The notes under the pieces were generated by a model. That model saw only the letters and a list, made by a program, of their open reading frames with translations. It had not been told where the DNA came from and searched no databases. From the NCBI GenBank assembly GCA_009602735.1, contig WELA01003305.1, positions 881,524 through 914,333 of the forward strand: a stretch of 32,810 bases of DNA, given 5' to 3'. The position numbers and the translations under genes were made by a program. Origin of the DNA: Mesotaenium endlicherianum. Its lineage: Eukaryota. This document shows positions 11,701-25,020 of the stretch, piece by piece (the first letter of the stretch is position 1; each line of letters begins with the position of its first letter).

Positions 11701-12949
11701 CTACTTCGTGATATGTGGTCAATATGCAGGCGCGAAGTTGTCGTTTTCGTCTGCATACCACTATGCTATACGGTCAACATCTTTTCAAGACAAATGGCTT
11801 GAGGTTAAGTCTTAATGAAGTCCGCATTCCAAATTAAGACAAACAATCAATGTGGTTGATCATGGTCGATTAGATGTACGATCCGTACTGTCTAATTTTG
11901 GACTTCTCTTGTTTAACATTTAAACCCTTGCACAATAATATTTATTAAGATAAGAAATATAATTTCTATGATGAGGATGTATGTAGAGAACTCCCGGCCC
12001 TAGTAGCGGGGGGTATTCACGACAAGTTTTACCGAAACTTATAAGCGTTTGTTGATGAGCGAACACAACGGAGCAATTATTGAGGCTGCTCTTGGTTGGT
12101 TCGTATGTCGCTTTCTGACGATTGAGTGTTCTGCGCACGCCTTGGTTTGTCCCTCATAAGTTATGAATGTGGGATAGATGTACCGAGCCTCTCCTGCATA
12201 TTTTGCGTATTTCAAAGAGCATGTATTTAAGGCTTCAATCTGCTGGTCATGTGAGACAAGCACGACACGTGGTCATGATTGATCATGTGTGTGGAAGTAA
12301 CGAATGTATGTCTTCTGACACATGGGCAGCTCGCACATATGTTCGGGTAGTGTATGTGCGGTGATAAACACGCGCCTATTGACACAAGGAAAGATAAGAT
12401 CAACGCCGGACGTTACGTTTTATGCAACGAAAGACCCCGTATCATGTGTACGGGGTTGACGGGCAAGGAGGGGATGTGAGAGCAAGAAAGAACAACAATA
12501 TGCGAGGTGGAAAACACACTCCCGGCAATTGTTTGTACATGTTCCAGGAGCACAACAAAAGGAGAAGCGGTACCTAGTGCAACTTTCAGTAATCAATTAA
12601 AACTAGTATACGATGTACCAAATTAACCTATATAGCAGTGAAGAAAAAGTCATATGATGGCCTCAATATCTACCTCTGGTTTTCCAAACACAACGTCAAG
12701 GAGATTCGGAGATTCTGTACAAGCTCATGTACTTTAAGTATGGATCTGATGAATAGACAGCCTTATACGAAGGTGGTGGGGACATGATGCAGAAACAACC
12801 ACACACACTTAGTGCAGCTTGCAACGTCGCCACGCGGCAGGCATACAACCTACAAGGAGTTAGTACAGGATGTGCAAAGAGCCACCCAATTTGCGAAGCA
12901 CAAAAACACGTGGGTGCACGTGCACGCACACATACACACATATCTGCGC

Positions 12950-15900
12950 ATGTGTCCACTACCCTGCCGGCCCTCCTGCTCGCGCATCCCACCCCTCCCA
13001 CCCCCAAATCCGCCCACCACCCACCACCCACCACCCACACAGACTAGACACGCCCACACACATGCATGAATGCACACTCCCACAGCCACCCTGCGCATGC
13101 ACTCACACGCTCACACACACACACGCACAAAGTGGCAAGAATCAAGGCATGCCTCAACCCCTCATCCGGACCCCCTTACTTTCCCACCCCCGAACATACA
13201 AGCCCGCGGTTGCATGCTCCTGACATCATCCTGCGCACACAAGTTACAACCCCCTGGCAGCCCCACGCGCGAGTCTCCGCCAAGTCAGCCGGGCATTGCA
13301 TCATGCCCAGGTAAGGGAAGGGGAAAGTCCTTTGCTCACCTCAGACAGCCGATGGCCGTGCCAGGAAGCCCCTGCTGCTGGCCCATCCCCCTGCACCTGA
13401 TGGCCCGCACTGGCGAGGTCCTCCTCCTCGCCCCCAGCGCCCACACCAGGCTGCGCCAGGTGGCCGTCGTCGCCGCCCACCGCCCCAGCCTGCAGCCACC
13501 TGTCAGCGCACATGAGCGCCGTGTCGACCAGCCCCCGGGTCTCGGCGGGCCGCAGCTGGCCGGGCCAGCATGGCTCGTGCAGATGTGGCCTTTCCTGCCT
13601 GCAGTGTCGCGCACGCGCTTGTGCGCTGCACCATGCGCAAGTCCTTGCGGCTCGCCACGTGCCAGCTGCCAGTGAACACTTGCCTAGTTTAGCCGGTTCG
13701 ATGTCGGGCGGTCATCACGCCATCATGACTCTGTGGGACGGAGAGCACCGGCAGACGATGGCGATCTCGAGCCATACCTGGCTGACTGGCTGGGCCCCCT
13801 CTCCTGTCCTCCCGGCGGCCTTCTTGGCGAGCACCCCCCACCCGAACTTGCAGCGCACGCGCATGCACATGCGCAACACGCGCGGCACGGGCGCTCACTT
13901 GCACAGCCCGCTCCCGAGCACGAACGGGCCTGTCTCTAGAGAAGAGGCAAGGCGTGGTGAGCAAGAGGAGGACACAACGCGCGCATGCGCACACGCGCAT
14001 GGGTACCCACGCACATGTTCTCCCACGCACGTACGTGCGCACGTGCATGCACATACCCCCCCACCCCACACGCACCCATACAAGCAAGCAGATCTGCATA
14101 TGAGCGTGCACACACACGCACACAAACACACACACACACACACACACAAGTGCATGCACAGAGGCACAAGGCACAGGTGCGCTCACTAGCACTGCCCGCC
14201 CTGCTGCCTGCACAAGCACACACTCACCAGCACAAAACAACGTCCAGACGGGCGGTGAAGTGGCAGCAGGGCTGCAGGGCTGCAGCGCAGCTGGCGATTA
14301 GAAACTCAAACGCAAAAGGTTTCAAGAGGGAGTGGGTACCTCTCCTACGCGGATGTACCCCACCATGATGTGCATGTTGCATGGACGAGCCAGGGGGGGC
14401 TTCTCAGCGACAGCCTTTGTGCTGCCACTTGGTGCAACTCTGCACCCGCAACGCTCAATGTTGCCCCCATGCACACATCGACACAAAAACAGTGCCGGTG
14501 CCCCTGGCATGCGTCCAGCCCTGACATGCAAGGCCAGAAGCAGGCGCAGGCGCTGCCAGAGCCCCGCCCCCCGCACAGAGCAGACTAGGGGGGGGCAGCC
14601 GCAGCCCCCGGCGCAGCCCTCCACGCACACACATGTGTGGAGGGGAGGCAGCTGCTGTCGGTGCCCAGAGCACACAGCCCCCACATAGCATCCCGTCCAC
14701 ATGGAATCCGGCGGGGGTGGGGGGGCAGCCGCACGCACCAGAGCAGAGACGGGCAGCCGCTGTTGTTGTCCCCCCCGAAATAGCCCTCCCGTTATTATGC
14801 ACACGTCAGACCAGAGGGTAGCCCCCCTCCCCGGGGCAGACACGACACGAGCAGATTGGGGGACATGGCCGCCAGATGTTTGTGTGCACACGAGGCGGGA
14901 GGCAAGGGGGTGCGGAAGTCCCTGGCGCTGCCCCCCCGGCGATGCACACCAGAGAGGCCCCGCAGGCAGCCCCCCTGCAGACGCCACCCCCGCATGCACG
15001 AAGTTCGAAGGGGGCAGCCGCTGCTAATGCCCCTCCCTCGTGCACGCCAAACCAGAGGCGGGCAGCCGCTGCCACCGCTCCCCTACCCCAGCGCCCAGCG
15101 CGCACCAGGCGAGACGGCGGCAGCCGTTGCCGTTGACCCCTTCACCGGGGGGGGACAGCTGGTGCTTCCGCTGCTGCCGCTCCTGTTGCACCAGGCACAC
15201 AGTCCCCTGCCACACAGCCGTTGCCAGTTCCGTTGCTCCCACAACACAGCCGACGGAAAGGGGGCCAGGGAACTGCCGCCTCCTTTGCCGCCCCCACACA
15301 TTGCCAATTGCCCCGCGCACACAAGCCCCTGGGCAGCCCCCTGCGAACACCAGAGCACAAGAGAGGTGCAGGCGCCGCTGTTGCGTGCCCCGCGCCCACA
15401 GCCCCTCGCACCAGGCTTGGGGGAGAGCAGCATACGCCCTACTCCCTCTCGCCCGACCTCGTCGCACCTCCCCTGGAAGCTCCCCCGCGCCCCCCGGCGA
15501 GTCAGCATGGGAGGGAGAGGAGTGCTCGTGCCAGGTTAAGACTGATGAAAAAGAAATGACTTCCACTATTCGCCAAACAGTTACGTCCTATTCCTCTTTG
15601 CCAATTTGAATGGCGAATCATACACTTCAGTGGGTTCCCAGAAAGACTCATGATTGTCATACGTTTCTAGAACCTTCAGAACCCACTTCAAGGGATCAGG
15701 CCCCGCGGGAGGAGCGCTGCTGTCAGAGCCTGCCTGCCCGACGAGGCGGAGCTAGAGAGCTGGAGGAGGGGAGCGATGTCCAGCACCAGCAGCAGGGCAG
15801 CAGCAGGGCAGCAGCAGCACACATCCCCCCCCCCCTCCCTTGCTGGACCTGGTCTCCTCTCTCCTCTGCGTGCATTCTCTCCCCTCTTCCCCGCCCCACC

Positions 15901-16500
15901 CAGCCCTGCCCTGCAGGTCGTTGTGCCTGCCTGGCCTACCGCTGTTGTTGCCCTTCCGCAAAGCAGCCCCTCAGCAGACCCCCGCTTTTCCGCACACGCC
16001 ACACTAGAGGGTAGCCAGCGGGAGGGGCAGGCCGCACGCACCACACCAGGGGATGGTTGGAGCTGCTGCCGCCAGTCACCCCACATGCACACCTGATCGA
16101 GCAGAGCCGGCAGGTGTAACCCCAAAAGATCCCACGAATGACCCCCCATACATTCAGCAAGCTAACAGCAGCCGGGCGGCAGCAGGTGGGAGCTACACAC
16201 ACTCCTCCCGCCGCCCTCGTTTGGCCTACTCTCCCCTCTGCCCTGCCCTGCCCTACCCTGTCCTGCAGGTCCCACCTTGCAGGTCGCCGCCAACAAGGCA
16301 GCCAGTCAGCCAGCTTTAGAAGAAAAAGAGGCGGAAGAGACCCGGGGAGGGGGGGCTGCACCAGCAGAAGGCGGCCGGAGGCGGAGCCCATGGGAGGGGC
16401 ACATGCTGCTGCTGCGGCTCCTGACACCTGTCATTAGTCCTCCCAAACTGGCTCCTAAACTGGCCAGCAGAGGTCTCTGGCGCTCTTCACCCCCTCGTCC
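12950..16500. other. GC-rich low-complexity region with CA repeats and repeated GGGGCAGCCGC motifs; no recognisable protein
   Basis: Many overlapping ORFs without recognisable domains. One exon-like segment on the minus strand (13340-13489, CAG|...|GTGAGC). Confidence 0.4.
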
Positions 16501-16849
16501 CCCCCACTTTCCGAGACAGAATCATAGAAGTAAGTACGGACACAGCAGAGGGCATAGCACATAGATGCCGACGTTGACCCCCCCTAATGCCTCTCATCCT
16601 TATCCTACCTCAGCTTACCAGCAAACTGCAGCTTTGTAAACGATTTTACGAACAACTTCACGACTTGCCTTCCTTTTGCGAGGAAAACAAGAGAGGCAGC
16701 CTATAAGTAGCATGCAGTGGTGCGCAAAAACCCAGTGCTTCCCACAATATTGTGGCACGCTAAATAGCCGAACTGGGACTGACTTGCTTGTACGCAATTG
16801 TTAAGTGCGCTTGCCAAACTTTCATCACACGACACAAAGAATAGCGTAA

Positions 16850-17830
16850 TGGTACGCGGAAGTTAGCCCTATATATTAGTTTTTAATGGTATGTGGGAAA
16901 TTGGGCAGAGGGTACCAATTTCTAGTGGTACGTGGAAATGACGCTTAACGTACCACGTTGTACTCATACGCGTAATTTCTGCCCTAGGGCACGCGCGGAA
17001 ATAGCACTTTCGTACCAGATCTACTCGTGTGCTCGAGGCATGATTCTACTGGTACGCGGAACCCCTGCCTGACGTCGAAGCTCTAGCGGTACATGCGGAA
17101 ATTACGACTTCGTACGAAATCTACTGGTAAGCGTAATTTCTTTTCGCCGTCGAAGTTCTAGAGGTACGCGCGGAAATAACGCTTGGGTACCACATCTACT
17201 GGTACGTGAAATTTTTGCTCGAGGTACAAATTTACTGGTATGTGGGATTCCTGCCCGACGCCGAAGCTGTAGAGGTACGTGCAAAAGTCACGCTTTACGT
17301 ACCAGATCTACTGGTACGCGGAATTTCTTTTCGACGTCGAAGTTTTAGGTATACCCGCGGATTAACACTTGGGTACTACATCTACTGATACACGGAATTT
17401 CTCCTTGAGGTACAATTCTAGGTACGCAGAAATTTCTCCTCGACGTTAAACTTCCAGGAGTACACCCAAAAATAGCGCTTTCGTACCAGATCTATTGGTA
17501 TGCGAATTTCTGCTCGAGGTACACTTCTACCGGTACGTGAAACTCCTGCCCGACGTCGAAGCTCTGGAGAGGTACGTGCGAAATTCACGCTTTGCGTACC
17601 AGATCTACTGGTACGCGTACTTTATTCTCGACGTCGAAGTTCTAGAGGTACGCGCGGAAATAACGCTTCGGTACCACATCCATTGGTAGGTGGAACGTGA
17701 AGAGAGATGACATGGGGTACGCGAGAAGAGACCGCAGGGGTATGTCAAGAGAAATGACGTGGTGGGGTACGTGAGAGAAGACTGCAGGGGTACGTGAAGA
17801 AAGATGACGTGGTGTACGCAAGAAGAGACG
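16850..17830 (+). repeat. degenerate minisatellite, ~37 bp base monomer with higher-order units, core TGGTACGCGGAA
   Basis: GTACCA(G/C)ATCTACTGGTA-like motif near 17012, 17112, 17187, 17299, 17372, 17483, 17596 and 17671, with spacings mostly ~75 or ~112 bp. Recurrent CGACGTCGAAG. Confidence 0.88.
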
Positions 17831-17902
17831 GCAAGGAGGTAAGCAGTGACACGCTTTGACCAATTGTTGTACATCTATGAAGCAGCCTGGTCAATAAACC
17901 GC

Positions 17903-18028
17903 TCATTGACTATCTATCCGCGTATCCCGATTGGCGCCGTTGGTGAGAGAGGAGCTGACGAGGACGAGGCGGTCCACGCCCCGCTGACGGCACGCATCGA
18001 CCAGGTTCATCGTACCCAGGTTGTCCGC
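17903..18028 (-). pseudogene. isolated truncated exon of an NAD(P)-binding Rossmann-fold (atypical SDR) protein, At2g34460-like
   Basis: After acceptor CACCACAG| it reads ADNLGTMNLVDACRQRGVDRLVLVSSSLTNGA, resembling the plant family motif VDNxGTxNLVxAC...VLVSSxLxNGA. Similarity stops abruptly and a TGA follows. No other exons recognised. Confidence 0.65.
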
Positions 18029-18625
18029 CTGTGGTGATTTTTCTTGGGGACCAGGTGCGGTGCATGCAAACGCGGGGGGGTCTGCGCCGACAGGTTTGTG
18101 AGAGAATGGAGATCGGCCGGATGGAGAGATGGGGTGGGCGGATGACGGATGCGATGGATATAGATGGGCTGGAGAATCCGACAGATGCCCGGGAAGGTGA
18201 CGTGTTGAAGGTGTGGAGAGTGCGCTGTAAGATCTGGCACCCTGGCCCCGGGTCTGGTGACTAGCGAGAGCCCCACGCAATGCCCGGGTGGAAGGATTCT
18301 CGAAGCGCCCGTTGGATAGAATGAAGATAGACTGGACCGTGACTGCCAAGCTCAAGCTCGCCGAGGAGGAGGAGCCAAGTGGCGGTCTGTCTGCGAGCTG
18401 CCGAGGAGGACAAGCGCGGGCGGCCTGGCGGAGTAGCTGCAGCAGCAGACTGAGCTGAGGGAGGCTGAAGCTGCTGCTGCTGCTGCTGCTGCTGCGGTTG
18501 ACAGCGGTGAGCCAAGAAGTGCAAGAGCAAGAGCAAGGTCTTAGCAGTGTGGTGGGGGTGCCGGGGCTACTCTTGGCTCACACTCCCGGCTGCAGCATCA
18601 GCATGTGGGTGGAAGGGAGGGGGAG

Positions 18626-18921
18626 NNNNNNNNNNNNNNNNNNNNNNNNNNNNNNNNNNNNNNNNNNNNNNNNNNNNNNNNNNNNNNNNNNNNNNNNNNN
18701 NNNNNNNNNNNNNNNNNNNNNNNNNNNNNNNNNNNNNNNNNNNNNNNNNNNNNNNNNNNNNNNNNNNNNNNNNNNNNNNNNNNNNNNNNNNNNNNNNNNN
18801 NNNNNNNNNNNNNNNNNNNNNNNNNNNNNNNNNNNNNNNNNNNNNNNNNNNNNNNNNNNNNNNNNNNNNNNNNNNNNNNNNNNNNNNNNNNNNNNNNNNN
18901 NNNNNNNNNNNNNNNNNNNNN
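18626..18921. other. assembly gap (N run)
   Basis: Run of N flanked by G-rich sequence. Confidence 1.
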
Positions 18922-21230
18922 GAGGGGGAGGGTGGGGGGGGTCTGGGGAGGGCGCTGGCGTTGGATGTGAGGTCCAGGGGGAATATCAGGAGGGCCAGGC
19001 TTATGCCGTTACCTTGCCTTGTCACCTTCTCCGCTTTCGGAAGTCGTGCGGCTCTGGCTGTCTAGAACAGCCGGCTCACAAAATACCGATAGGATCTCCA
19101 CCTCTCCCGGGTCCAACGCTTGCTTCACACAAATCTTCTGCTCTGCAGCTGGCTCTCAGTCACACGCAAAGCTCACGCACACATGCATGGGGAGGGAGAC
19201 ACGTCGACACGGTGCTGCGTCTCTCAAAGGAACCCCCCCCTGCTCGCTCCTCTTTACCCCCGCAGCCCTTGCGCTGAAACAGTCGTACGTGCTACCGGCC
19301 CTCTCTCCCCGAACTCTGAGGTGCTAGATTGTATGGCAGCTGCTGCAGTGAGAAGCAGCCCCCGCACGGCAGGGTCGAGAAGGAAGGGCTTGGGGTGTTG
19401 GATCTGTGTGTGCATCGGGCACAGCCTAAGGGTGAATGCCTGTACAAGGCAACATCGAGGGTCCCCTCGTGTTGCATGGGTGCTCACAAGTGCACACTGC
19501 GGGGCTTCTGGGGACAGGTTGGTGAGTGGAGGGCAAGCTGAGAGCGCGGCCTGAAGCCATACTGCCCAATTCCCTTATCTGCACCCCAGTCCCGAGTCAT
19601 GAGCCCTGGCGTCTCGGCGCACGTGGTGACCTGCGTGAGACACGGGGTGGGCGGGCGGTGGCAAGCGGGGTGTGCTGCGGAAGCTGCAGACTGCTGCTGC
19701 TCTCCCGAGCCCTGGCTCCCCTCCGCACCCTCGTCCCGTCCCCCCCTCCCGGCGACTGACCCCTGGCGAGCGCATGAGTATGTGCCCATGTGCAGCTGGT
19801 GACGGGCGGCAGGCGTGAGCTCCAGACAGCGCGCTAGGTGCAGCCGGGAGGGCATCATCCTCTCCAGCCGGGGAGCGCTGGACTCCGCAGCCCCACAAGC
19901 GCGGGGGGGGCCGCCCGCATGGACCCTCCTCGCCCCTTTTCTGTGGCCAGATGTCGTGAGCTCGTGGCCGTGCGTGCCCCCTTCGGGGCCACACCCGCGT
20001 GCGCGTCCCAGGGTAGCCAGTTTAGTAGAAGGTGATGATTGGGAATGCTCAATTATCAACACAATCAAGCCGCGTGCATCATATTGTTGTCTTTTTTAAG
20101 CTATTATAAAGTTTATTATTGATGCAGCAAGGTTACAAGTCAACAATAGTTTAATAAAGAATTAATAAAGGGGTTTGACAATTTGTGTTCAAATTGCCTG
20201 ATTTCGAAAGAAAGAAGGTCATTAAGACAAGAATAGTAGGAGTAGTAGTATGCTACAATTTGCGCGTCATTTGTTTCTGTCTAGTCCTTTCCTACATGCT
20301 GCTACGAGTATGATCTATAATTACGTGACTTAGTTAAGACAAGTATATTCAAACTCCCAACAAACACACTTGATTGGTAACTGGAATCTTGCTGTGTTGA
20401 GGTTGTCCGTCGGATCGCCGCCGCTGGTTAATGCCAACATCCTGCAAAAGACACTAACAAAAAACCAAAAATTCTATTGTGCATGACTAACAGTGGCGCA
20501 GGCACAAGCTTCGTTGCCTGCCTCGTGCACCTCCCAGTGGAGTGGAGGGTTAGAAGGGTGGGTGCGTGGGTATGTGTAGCAGCTACCTTCCCGCTGCAAT
20601 GGAGGCTCCTTTGCACAGGGAAGCCTTTACGAGGGTTTCGTTTGTCAAAGAAATACAGCAATCTTGTGATATCGATGAAATTAGTCGCAAACCTTCAAAT
20701 AGAAACTTCAAATCTCTACAATGAAGAGGATGCAAGAAAACATTAATAAACCAAATATGAACAGTGATATAATTACACACTTTTACGCAAAACCTGATGG
20801 ATGTCCACTGCCCTTAGTGAGCCACTGCCATAGTGAGCTATGGTACATTTAGGGCATTCGGCTTCATGCATAATAAAACTGGACTTTGTCTATTGATGCT
20901 GGCTGAAAAATAACACAGAGGTGTTTGTGACATATCGTTGCTTATACTGATGTGAACACCCCAAGTCAAACTCTCAGATTCTTGCATGCGCAGCATAGAG
21001 TGCAATATGATAGATACAATAAATAAAAGCGGTTTGTATGAAAAAGAAACAAAAATAAAAGTAAAAGCTGCAGAAGTGAAGAAGAATGCAACAATCTGTA
21101 TGAAGAAAGCTGGTACTTTAGGAAAAAAAAACTCGCGAATTCTCTTGCTCTCAAAGCGCCACTTCGTTTCATATTCATGTATGAACACACTTGACATCTA
21201 AGCTAAGTCCGACTCGGTATTTATAGTGAC

Positions 21231-21353
21231 CTAACCCAGTGAGGAATAAGGAGGTACGCCTATGTGGCATGCAAGCGGAGCTAGATATTCACGAAGGAAC
21301 TTGTACACGGCCTCTGTAGACAACGCCGCAATTCTCACAAGCAAACCGTCACC
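21231..21353 (-). CDS. ureD: UreD exon 6 (last)
   Basis: TGCAG|GDGLLVRIAALSTEAVYKFLREYLAPLACHIGVPPYSSLG-TAG. Too short for the ORF track. Confidence 0.9.
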   Translation of the reverse strand, partial: GDGLLVRIAALSTEAVYKFLREYLAPLACHIGVPPYSSLG

Positions 21354-23067
21354 CTGCACATGCTCACACTCGAAGCAAGCAAGAGTCAAAATAACAGAAA
21401 TAAGAGAGACAAGTCACAAGGAGAGGACCTTACCACTTCCACTCACGGTATCGAATACGAGAACCAAATGGCAAGTTGTTGAACGGTGCATTTTGTCCAC
21501 GTTGGTATTACAAGAAGAAACAATAGCGAAGCTAGAAGGAAGGCATGCGAGTTATTGATATCCCCGATGTCAGGTGGCACATACACGTTGCCAACACAAG
21601 GGGATGGTATGATTAAGTATCATGTCTATCTATTCATCGATTTTGTGTATAAACTTGTGTATGCTCTTGCATGGGTGTTAGTAGAAATTCTCAATGAAGT
21701 CCCTTGGCGTGCATTTGGGGAAGAAGATTGTGCTTACGTCAGGACCAATGGGGCTGCACGACGCGTACACCTGGACTCCCGTCTGGGTCGAAGAGGATGG
21801 AGGAGCTGCTCGGCGGGCGGCGCCAGCAAGAGTCCGCAGGTGTCGCGTAGCAGACTGTGCCACCTGGCGCGTACCTGCCTCCATGCTGGCTCTCGCCTCC
21901 GCCGTCCGCGGTCTTTAATTGCCACATCAGCGCCACGCAAGAGGAAACAGCATGAAATCCCCAGCCACACATGATGAAGCCCACAGAACAGCACTGCTAA
22001 GACCTGCCGCTGCTCAGACAGTAAGCTCCAGAGACGATTCTGCATGTCACTTGCTTCTGAGACATTGAAGGCACATTGAACTATGGCCAAAGTAGGTCAA
22101 AGTAACACTGTGAGGAACAGAAGAAACGGCTGGCGAGAAGCCGTCAACTTGAAGTCAACCCTAATCGATGGCACCTTTGCAAGCTCTAGTAAGGAATAAC
22201 CTGAGGGAAGTCTTTTTGCAGCACGCATGCGAAGCGAAGCTTTCCATCAGCCAGAGGGACGGGCCTCAAGCAATGCATATGCGTCACAAGGATATGCATG
22301 TGCCAGCTGGCGCCGCCGGCCGCCGCCCGCTGCTCCGGAACGCTGCTCCGGAAGGCAATGCTAGACAGCAGCGAGTGCAAGAACACGGGAGTGCACGCGG
22401 GAGGGGTGGGGCGCGTTTGACACACCCGAAAAGAGCAACCATGGCAATGACGTGGCAGCCATGCATCCGCTCGGCCACCGCCAGCTGTCCCCCCTTCTCC
22501 AGCACCACCTGGTTGTGAACACACGCACGCACACACACACACACACACACACAACCACACATTCTCGGACGCGAAGTTTCAGAGAAGATTCAAATGCATC
22601 CACCCCACCAAGCTCAAGCCGACACATGGCGCAATCAGGATGGAAGCATCCCTGAAGGATGCAGCAGCAAGGCTGCGAGGATGACTCTCCATAGCTCCCC
22701 ATGAGAACAAGGAAAGCCTCTCCCTGGCCCACGACCTTCAGAACTCGAGAGGAAACTCACTTCACATCACGTCTGCATAGGGTTTCAGGCCCACCCACAC
22801 GTTTGTATGTTAGCATCGTCCATGGATGCTCAGCGCGCATTTATGGATCCTAGAAGGCCACCTTGGCCTCAAGTCAACCCCCGGCTGACTCCTCCCCACG
22901 TGTGCTACCCCATATGCTACACATACCCCAGAAGGGCCAAACAAATGTTAGGCTTCAGACTATACATGCAACCGCCTGCCTGGTGCATGAAGGCACACCA
23001 CAGTGGCACAAACGCCATCAGCCGTTAGCATCAACAAAAGTGGAACCCAAAGTACAACGAGGAGCAA

Positions 23068-23099
<32 letters not shown>

Positions 23100-25020
23100 A
23101 CAGGAGCAGGAGCGCAATGAGGAGGAGGAGCAGGAAGAGCAGCAGCAGCAGCAGAAGCAGGGGAGGAGAAGGAGGAGGACTGACTGGGGGGACCACAAGA
23201 GACGGCGGCGTGGGGCTGACTCACCCGATCGAGAAGCACAGGTGATCCCCCCCCGCCTAGGTAAACTCTATTGCAGCTCTCGTACTTTTCAAACTCCCAC
23301 ACCTCGCCACGCCCCCGCCGCCCGCTGGTGAGCCAGTCGACCAGCACCAGGCTGCCACCTGGCGCGACGTCGAAGCTCTGCTCCTGCCTGTACAGGGCGT
23401 CCTTGAAGCATGTGACGGGGTCGGGAAGTAGCGCCAGCAAGGCACCCGTTCCAACGCTGGCCCTGAGCCGCTGCTCGGCCACCTTCTTGCCGTCCGAGTG
23501 GTACACCTGCCAGCAAAGCATGCAAATCCACCAAGTAAACACATGTAACTCGAGACTTCCCTGAGGAGGGTGGCAGCATCAGATTGCTGCTGCTGCTGCT
23601 GCTGCTGAGCCCGAAACGGCTGGGTGGTGATTGCCTCGGTGCAGCTGCAAGCGTGGGAGTACTAGTGTCGTATGCACGCGTGTACATCTGCCTGCGCTTT
23701 GCGCACGCGCACGTGTGTCTCCCTCTCTCTCCGTGTCTGTGTCTGTGCTTGTGTGTGTCTGCACGTGCATGCGCACGCGTGAGAGTTGCAGAAGGGTTTT
23801 GGGGATGTTGCCCCTCATGGCCGAAAAGAGTAGGAGAGACAGAGGCCCACCTCCCCACTCCCGGGGAATGCAGACCCCATTCCTCCCGCAGCAAGGGGAC
23901 AAATCACACTCAAATTTGACTTCTGGGGAGAAAGGGGAATGGGCTGAGGGGACAGGTGGCGCACCTTGGTGGAGGACTGCGTGGTGATGGCAGCTGTACA
24001 GCTGTCGCAAACCGTGACAGACAGCGCCACTGTGTCCCCGGCCACTATGCCCCCGCCATACGTGATGGCGTACACCCACACGGCGTCCACCCCTCCAAGC
24101 GCCACCTGGCAGCACCTCATGAAAAACGCGGGCGGCGGTGCCACATGCACGTGGCACACACTCCCCATTCCCGTTAGGCTGCAACTTGTCAGCAAAAGAG
24201 TAGACATAGGCATATATCTATCCAAACTGTATGACCCTTACGTGTGTTTGCAATAGAATTTCTTACTGCCCTATGTACTTATGTATATGTACATGCAATC
24301 ACACTTAGGGGACAAGTGACAGTGACCAGGATGGCAGTACAGCGGTGCTTGCCACCTGGCGCGCCTGCACGCTCTGGCTGCTCCCTTGCTGGCGCTTCCT
24401 AGAAGAGGCCTTTCAGTGCACTCATCCGAGGCCGGTGGTGCGGGTGCTCTGACCAGTACAGGCTGTTTTCTCCTTGCGTTTACCACAGGAATGTGGATGT
24501 GAGTGTGACTGGTGGCGACGTGCACACAACACCAGCCCAGTAACCTTCGCAGTGCACTGGCTCCAATCGCACACAAACACACACACACACACACATCCAC
24601 AGTGGCACACATACAGAGCGCAAGAGAGAGAGGAAGAGACACACGGAGAGACACACATACTCACGCAAACCAAGGTACAGACCCACACCCAATTACAAAG
24701 ATCAACGCGCGACCGTGCAAGCACCTGGCCAGCTGGCAACACAGCATGGGGGCTGTGCCTCTTGCAGCAGGATAGACCAACAAGGATATGAGGAAGTCGA
24801 GGCCACGTCAGCAAGCACAGGACAGGTGGCAGCAGACCTTGGACGGCAGCATGAGCTTGAGCGGGTAGGCAGCGTATGCTGTGGTCCCCACGCTGCGACC
24901 GCCCACGAGCTCCACCAAGATCCTGCCGCCCGCTGACTCAGCACCCTCCTGGCGGGAGCCGGACTGCCCCCCCTGCTGCCGCCCCAGCAGCGCCTGCAGC
25001 TGAGCTGTTACGTCCTCCAT
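21231..25020 (-). CDS. ureD: urease accessory protein UreD, 6 exons, 328 aa: 24838-25020, 23965-24105, 23225-23506, 22426-22508, 21738-21912, 21231-21353
   Basis: Exons join in frame through GT-AG introns (987 nt including TAG). Plant UreD motifs: YPLKLMLP, AVWVYAITYGGGIVAGD, TTQSSTKVY, LLALLPDPVTCF, LVLVDWLTSGR, AERMHGCHVIAMVALFGP, ASCSPIGP, LLVRIAALSTEAVYKFL, GVPPY. Confidence 0.93.
21738..21912 (-). CDS. ureD: UreD exon 5
   Basis: TAAAG|A CCG CGG...VQVYASCSPIGPD|GTAAGC. Completes the phase-2 Gly codon from exon 4. Confidence 0.82.
22426..22508 (-). CDS. ureD: UreD exon 4
   Basis: ACCAG|VVLEKGGQLAVAERMHGCHVIAMVALF-GG|GTGTGT. Confidence 0.87.
23060..23160. repeat. (AGGAGC)n and (AGC)n microsatellite in UreD intron 3
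   Basis: Directly visible hexamer and trimer runs. Confidence 0.9.
23225..23506 (-). CDS. ureD: UreD exon 3
   Basis: GGCAG|VYHSDGKK...PDPVTCFKDA...VDWLTSGR...PVLLDR|GTGAGT. Confidence 0.93.
23965..24105 (-). CDS. ureD: UreD exon 2
   Basis: GCCAG|VALGGVDAVWVYAITYGGGIVAGD...TTQSSTK|GTGCGC. Confidence 0.93.
24838..25020 (-). CDS. ureD: UreD exon 1
   Basis: GCCATGG start context. MEDVTAQ...GRILVELVGGRS...YPLKLMLPSK|GTCTGC. Confidence 0.88.

Noticed and set aside
12950..16500. Many long overlapping ORFs
   Set aside because: Expected from high GC and simple repeats. No recognisable domain or consistent exon chain.
16850..17830. CRISPR-like regularly spaced palindromic repeats
   Set aside because: The intervening sequences are related to each other, the repeats are degenerate, there are no cas genes and the context is eukaryotic. 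It is a minisatellite.
17931..17943. TGGCGCCGTTG resembling an LTR primer-binding site
   Set aside because: Fully explained as the antisense of the TNGA codons in the Rossmann exon. No LTR end or gag follows.
18498..19277. ORFs spanning the N run
   Set aside because: Artefacts of translating through an assembly gap.
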